A DNA stretch of 64,000 nucleotides from Waterburya sp. (GTDB lineage Bacteria > Cyanobacteriota > Cyanobacteriia > Cyanobacteriales > Xenococcaceae), in the NCBI GenBank assembly GCA_965217895.1, contig CBDCJV010000002.1:4128001-4192000 (forward strand), read 5' to 3'. The notes under the pieces are model-generated. The model was not told the DNA's origin, did not search any database, and saw nothing but the letters and a program-made list of their open reading frames with translations. Positions within the stretch are counted from its first letter, which is position 1; every line of letters begins with the position of its first letter. The position numbers and the translations under genes are program-made. Of this stretch, positions 59,081 through 64,000 are shown one piece after another.

Positions 59081-59274
59081 ATACGCTTTTTGTTGTTGAA
59101 AGAAATTAGAAGCTAAGCTTGATAGTAGAGGAGGTATACTTCCTCTATTTTTTTTGTCTGTACTTTGTTATTTTGAGTAATACTAAATTCTGTTCTCAAG
59201 ACCCATTTATAATAGAGAAGTAATAAACAGTAAAAAATAATGTCGAGAAAAGCTTCTCTAGCACCTCGCTGCAT

Positions 59275-59533
59275 CGCAAGTCGAGCAATCCAAATCACAG
59301 CTTGTTTGATTGAAGGAGTTTTTTTAAGCAAAGGAAAACCATGAAAGTAACAATAAAGAGATTGCCATTCGTGATCTTCTAGAATCGTATCGCAAGGAAG
59401 GTCAGGATTTGTTCTAGCCTCATAAGTTAACTAAAGCAACCGCCAAGCAACAATCGTATAAGTGGCTAAAGCTTTTTTAATTCGTTCAGCAGTCTTTAAT
59501 TGAAGTTGCTCAATGCGACAACCGCTTTTAATA
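59275..59533 (-). pseudogene. IS4-family (IS50/Tn5-like) transposase C-terminal fragment
   Basis: Broken frames read KSGCRIEQLQLKTAERIKKALA / IVAWRLL*LTYEARTNPDLPCDTILEDHEWQSLY / PSIKQAVIWIARL. Confidence 0.8.
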
Positions 59534-60130
59534 CCAATTCTCAAAAGTAATGCACTAAATTAAGAAGAGAGAAGTGCAAGATGAATTTTCAGGGGAAACA
59601 AACTGAAAGTAGAAATTACCGAAACTGTCAAAGAGTTCAAACACCAAAAAAAAGGTCAAGAAAAAGAACGCCTGCAAATGCTTTATTGGCTCAAGAGTGG
59701 TCAAGTGAAAAGCCGTAAAAAACTAGCACAAAGACTAGCTAGAAACGAATCTACTATTTATCGATGGCTCAAAAAGTATCAACAAGGAGGATTAACTAAA
59801 TTGTTATAAGTCAAACTAGCACCTGGAATCGAACCCAAGATTAAAGGTCAAGTTTTAGAGCAACTTCAAGAGAAGTGATCTCAGCCACAAGGTTTTAAAA
59901 GTCATCGAGATATTCATTCTTGGTTAACCAAATTGTTTAAGCTGGAGATAGGCTATTCAACGGTACATCGAATAGTTCGCTATCAACTCAAAGCTAAATT
60001 AAAAGTCCCCCGTCCGCGATCGCGAAAGACGACAAAGCACTCGTCAGCAACATCTAAAAAAACTGCCCGAACTGATTCAGGTAATGACCAAGCATTTTGC
60101 CCATGAGCGTCCGATACGTTACTTCAGCGA
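59534..60130 (+). mobile_element. Degenerate IS630-family element: left end plus truncated transposase with internal stops
   Basis: TA + CCAATTCTC..ATGCACTAAATTAA end; KERLQMLYWLKSG..STIYRWLKKYQQGGL..YSTVHRIVRYQLKAKLKVPRP. Confidence 0.85.
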
Positions 60131-60377
60131 TAAGGTAAGAATTGGTGGGGCAGCATCGGGAGAAATCATTGACCTAGACAAATCCCGCACCGTTAGCGTT
60201 GAAGTTGAGAATGTCGCTCCAGAAATCACCGAGATTCAGATACCTGACGATATTATAGAGGGATTCTAAAATGATTACCGCACTTCACAAATGGTTTAAC
60301 GCTCAGAATCAGGATCATAACGGTCACGAAAATATGAATCATTGGTGACTCATTGTAAACAAGATGGAATAGAACTC

Positions 60378-60409
60378 TTGACTCTCTACCCAACTCAAGA
60401 GTTTAAACT
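60378..60409 (+). promoter_or_regulatory. MerR-family (ZntR-like) metal-responsive promoter
   Basis: TTGACT-N20-TAAACT with ACTCT-N12-AGAGT dyad. Confidence 0.75.
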
Positions 60410-60447
60410 AGAAATCTCATAAACAAATCACTATAAATTTAATCGAT

Positions 60448-61026
60448 ATGTCAAAACTATTATCTAAAATAACCGTTACTTTGATCGCGATCGCAACCGT
60501 TCTTGGTGGAGCATATTATTTTACTTCTACTCAAGGGGCAAATAAAACAATCAGCATTAACAATTCAGTGATGGTTGGCGATATCACACAAGCTACTATG
60601 GTCAGCGTTTGGGACAAAGAAACCGAACCAGCTTATTCAGGAACAAGAGATATTACCGTCTATCGTCGTCCTAGCTGTGGCTGCTGTGGGGTATGGCTCG
60701 AACTGGCTCAGAAGCATGGCTTCAAGGTTAAAGATGTCAAAACTGAAGAGATGGAAACGTTAAAGCAGAAATATAATGTGCCTCCTGAGTTAGCATCTTG
60801 CCATACAACTATTGTTGATGGTTACGTTATGGAAGGGCATATTCCTGTCGATGACATTAAGCGTTTTCTAACTGAAAAATCAGAAGAATTTGTGGGTTTA
60901 GCTGTACCAGGAATGCCTTTAGGTTCCCCAGGAATGGAGACGGGAGACATGAAGCAGCCATTTCAAGTGTTGGCATTTAACAAAGAGGGAAAAGTTGAGG
61001 TGTTCCAAGAACATGAATCTTACTAA
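60448..61026 (+). CDS. DUF411 / CopG-like exported metal-binding protein
   Basis: VYR.PSCGCC..W, LASCHT, YVMEGHIP, GLAVPGMPLGSPGME. Confidence 0.9.
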   Translation: MSKLLSKITVTLIAIATVLGGAYYFTSTQGANKTISINNSVMVGDITQATMVSVWDKETEPAYSGTRDITVYRRPSCGCCGVWLELAQKHGFKVKDVKTEEMETLKQKYNVPPELASCHTTIVDGYVMEGHIPVDDIKRFLTEKSEEFVGLAVPGMPLGSPGMETGDMKQPFQVLAFNKEGKVEVFQEHESY

Positions 61027-61186
61027 TACAGCATTTGTACTCTTTCTTTAGTGCTGGAAGTTACTGCATGGTGCAGTCGGTGTTTCAATTCCTCAACACT
61101 TTCATTGACTTCTACCTGAAATTTATTTCCCATTCCTTTGCACCCTATCACTACTATTAATTTAGTGCATCTTCATGGAGATTTGG
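61023..61186 (-). mobile_element. Second IS630-family left end with the first ~35 transposase codons, inverted
   Basis: End 23/30 identical to 59534-59563, TA outside; reads NKFQVEVNESVEELKHRLHHAVTSSTKERVQMLY*. Confidence 0.8.
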
Positions 61187-61245
61187 TATTATTTAAAGAA
61201 GTTGTTAAATGTAATTACTAGAACTTTCTAAGATGGTTAGTACCC

Positions 61246-61488
61246 GTGCTGTTCGAGCAAATCGATATCACCAAACCAGTGAAATTTCTGTCGGAAGAGC
61301 TAAGAACTAAAGCACCAAGTATCCTGAAAAAAGGCGATAAATTAATTATCGATATCACAAGCAAAGTATTTCTCAAAGATAGCGATCGCCCAATTATCGT
61401 CAATATTGAACCCCAGTCTTCTTACCAAGAAAACTTCAGTGAACGAGTAGCAAAATACAATCGGCTATTAAACATCAAGCACAATTAA
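61246..61488 (+). other. Short ORF or gene fragment of unknown origin
   Basis: 80-codon frame without clear RBS; may be the 3' remnant of an IS-interrupted gene. Confidence 0.3.
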
Positions 61489-61625
61489 ATTATTGTCAAA
61501 CGTACAAACAAACAGCATTTAGCATAGCTTAGATGAAAAACAAATAACAGAACTATTAATGAGGGTGAGAAAGTACCAGACGTTTAGGGGTTATATGAAT
61601 CAGGTGGTAAATAATTTGTAAGTAT

Positions 61626-61706
61626 AGTTCTTAGTATTTGGTTTTTAGACTAACGACTAAAAACTAAATACTAGCCAAGGTGTACCCACCGCAGGGACTA
61701 AGAACT
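61626..61706. other. Candidate oriT
   Basis: 16/17 IR 61632-61648/61657-61673 followed by GCCAA; overlapping 10-bp IR 61626-61635/61697-61706; upstream of mobC. Confidence 0.5.
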
Positions 61707-61798
61707 TATTTATCCCACATCCAAACTTAAATCACAGCCAATTTCCAAAACCTAACTCATCTTGAAAGTAAGCAATCACTCCTTACCCTAAAAGAAAG

Positions 61799-62135
61799 AT
61801 GAGTAAACATAATTCATCACCAACCACAAAAAACAAAACACAAACGGCACAGATTAGATTTACAGCAAAAGAGCTAGCCTGGATTGACGAACAGGCAACC
61901 CAAGCAGGCATGAACCGCAGCAGGTGGATTAGAAGTAGTATGTCTCGATAACAACGTAGTTGTCAACCGAGAAACCGTTGAGTATCTTCACGACCTCAAG
62001 CAAGTAAACAGACATCTGGCAGCCATCGGCAACAACGTCAACCAAATCGCCAGAAATATCAATACCGCGATCACAAACCACTATAGTTATGGTTCTAAAG
62101 AAATCGCATCAATCCAGCCAAAAATCTTCAATTAG
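61799..62135 (+). pseudogene. mobC: Frameshifted MobC relaxosome accessory protein
   Basis: RHH-like QIRFTAKELAWIDEQATQAGMNRSRWIR, then in another frame LAAIGNNVNQIARNIN. Confidence 0.8.
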
Positions 62136-62679
62136 AGTTGGGTTTTAGTCTAGTTACTTTCAGGGTAAATTTTCCCCCGCTAGTTTCACCAAAGGCTCTA
62201 ACTCGTACAATATATTTTCCTGCTTCGGTGATGCGCGAAAAAAGCAAAGAATTAGTTGTACCATCAGGACCATCATCGTTTTCAGCAACGGTTGCTCCAT
62301 CAGCAGCAATTAACATCACCATCGAATCGAAGTTATCCGAGGTAAGATCGATCGCCACCTGATCTCCTTTTTCTAGCTGCACATGATAATCACGGGCAAA
62401 ACCTCCTTCTCCTGTAGGAATGTCATTTTCCGTAAGCGTATCAGATATTTCTTTGTCTGAGGTAATTGAGGGTGGATCGTATATCTTAGATTCGGCTTGA
62501 ACAGACAGGGTTTGTAGTTCACATATAGAAATGGTAATTGCAGCAGCTAATATGTTTAACCAATGAGAAAAAACAAACTTAATAACCATACCAAACTGTA
62601 ATCTAGATAGCTTCAATTTTTCCATTATATATAGGCAGGTGAAATAAGAATGAAATTTCTTCTTTACTCCAAACTCCAA
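62128..62679 (-). CDS. Exported PPC-domain protein (true start probably downstream of 62679)
   Basis: LEKGDQVAIDLTSDNFD, AENDDG, GKYIVRV. Confidence 0.8.
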   Translation of the reverse strand: MEFGVKKKFHSYFTCLYIMEKLKLSRLQFGMVIKFVFSHWLNILAAAITISICELQTLSVQAESKIYDPPSITSDKEISDTLTENDIPTGEGGFARDYHVQLEKGDQVAIDLTSDNFDSMVMLIAADGATVAENDDGPDGTTNSLLFSRITEAGKYIVRVRAFGETSGGKFTLKVTRLKPNSN

Positions 62680-62728
62680 AAAAGCATTAGCTGCCCCCTA
62701 CTCCTTACTTCCTACCTCAAGGTCTAGC

Positions 62729-64000
62729 TCAGACGGTGGTGAAGTCAATTGGTGTAACATCAGCAGCACTAACGTTATCTAAAATCGCCAAAACTTGATC
62801 GCCATCTGCCATGTTTTGAATAACAACTTTTGTACCTGCGCTATTGTTAGTAATGTATAAATCATTAAAACTTAGAGAAGAAGTTAATCCTAGCAGATCC
62901 GAACCATTATCAAAATCTTTGACCTTTATTGTTCCTTGACCTGATTCGAGAGCAAAGATATCAGCCCCGCTATTACCAATTAGAATGTCGTCGCCATTGC
63001 CACCAAATATAATATCGTTACCGTTGCCACCAAAGATAGTGTCATTCATTTGACCACCATGTAAAGTATCGTTACCATCGTTACCACGAATGACGACTTG
63101 AATTTGAGTTGATTGGGAGGCATCAATCAGATTATTTTTTGCTCGACCGTAGAGATTGGCAAATTCGATTCGACTGATATCATCCGTACCAAGACCTTTA
63201 AGTTGATTGTTTGTTAAGGTTAAGTCTCGATCGCTAAATACAAAAAGGCGATCGCTACCCGCGCCACCATTAAGAGTATCGTTGCCAGCACTAATATTAA
63301 TCTCATCATTACCATCGCCACCAAAGATAGTGTCATTCATTTGACCACCATGTAAAGTATCGTTACCATCGTTACCACGAATGACGACTTGAATTTGAGT
63401 TGATTGGGAGGCATCAATCAGATTATTTCCTGTCTGACCGTAGAGATTGGCAAATTCGATTTGACTGATATTATCTCTTCCAAGACCTTGAAGTTGATTG
63501 TTTGTTAATGTTAAGTCTCGATCGCTGACGGCAAAGAGGCGATCGCTACCCGCACCACCATTAAGAGTATCGTTGCCAGCACTAGCATTAATCCGATCAT
63601 TTCCAGCATTGGCACTAATAAGATCATTACTAGCAGTTCCATTTAGGATATCGTTACCAGTAGTCCCGCTAATTATGTTTGCATCAGTATTTAAATCTAG
63701 TTTAATATTGTCTGAACCAAGATTAATTTGACGAGTGCTGCCGAGAGTTTGATTATCTTTAGCAAAGCTAACATTGTAAATTCCTGGCGTGAGAGCAATT
63801 TGATATCCCCCTGCTGACATGGTGTCGGTAGCAAAAGAGCTATTATCAGACTGACGTACTGCGGTAACCGTTATGCCAGCAAGACCTTCGCCGACACTAT
63901 AAAAATCATCATCAATAACCTCATCCTTAAAGGCTACTCCTGTTAGAAAGGTGCTTGAGCCTGTTGTAGCAAAATTTTGGGTCACCATCAAGGAATTGTA
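62729..64000 (-). CDS. RTX-type Ca-binding secreted protein, 3' part; frame open past the window edge
   Basis: Many GGxGND nonapeptides; upstream FLTGVAF.D...GEGL and MVTQNF segments. Confidence 0.88.
   Translation of the reverse strand, partial: YNSLMVTQNFATTGSSTFLTGVAFKDEVIDDDFYSVGEGLAGITVTAVRQSDNSSFATDTMSAGGYQIALTPGIYNVSFAKDNQTLGSTRQINLGSDNIKLDLNTDANIISGTTGNDILNGTASNDLISANAGNDRINASAGNDTLNGGAGSDRLFAVSDRDLTLTNNQLQGLGRDNISQIEFANLYGQTGNNLIDASQSTQIQVVIRGNDGNDTLHGGQMNDTIFGGDGNDEINISAGNDTLNGGAGSDRLFVFSDRDLTLTNNQLKGLGTDDISRIEFANLYGRAKNNLIDASQSTQIQVVIRGNDGNDTLHGGQMNDTIFGGNGNDIIFGGNGDDILIGNSGADIFALESGQGTIKVKDFDNGSDLLGLTSSLSFNDLYITNNSAGTKVVIQNMADGDQVLAILDNVSAADVTPIDFTTV
63011..63592 (-). repeat. Intragenic tandem duplication, 291-bp (97-aa) period
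   Basis: gccaccaaagatagtgtc at 63026 and 63317; near-identical protein blocks. Confidence 0.9.

Noticed and set aside
59113..59331. 72-aa ORF as a real gene
   Set aside because: Its start is the tail of the IS4 transposase relic reading into unrelated sequence.
60084..60269. 61-aa ORF as a real gene
   Set aside because: Appears to be a chimera of IS630 sequence and a surface-protein fragment.
1..64000. High density of GCGATCGC and scattered heptamer repeats
   Set aside because: HIP1 and short tandem repeats are well-known genome-wide features of cyanobacteria.

Overview
AT-rich cyanobacterial chromosomal segment. The HIP1 octamer GCGATCGC recurs throughout, and psaD, petB/petD and ctpA are present; the gene style suggests a Pleurocapsales-like lineage (inference). 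Most of it is core genome: a PatA/CheY/CheW taxis operon, cbiA, hpnH, trpE, psaD, a DICT-GAF kinase, the M23/ComFB/sigG/anti-sigma locus, BlaI-M56, phoX, purC-bamA-lpxC-fabZ-lpxA, a surface-glycan cluster, uvrB, ctpA, petBD and rimP-nusA-ylxR-infB. I found no rRNA, tRNA or CRISPR array. Most unusual signals: (1) the last ~30 codons of uvrB recur twice downstream as diverged relics (the distal one differing mostly at synonymous sites) that bracket small TA/GNAT cassettes, with no integrase nearby; (2) two covarying tandem hairpins with an alternative pairing in the phoX leader; (3) a heavily structured GC-rich element with an RBS-sequestered 23-aa ORF upstream of hpnH; (4) an accessory patch after infB in which two inward-facing IS630 ends flank a CopG/DUF411 gene with a ZntR-type promoter, followed by a relic oriT-mobC. 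There are also several miniature repeats (REP doublets, MITEs, in-frame insertions) and a rubredoxin missing from the ORF track. All calls were made by eye, without database searches.
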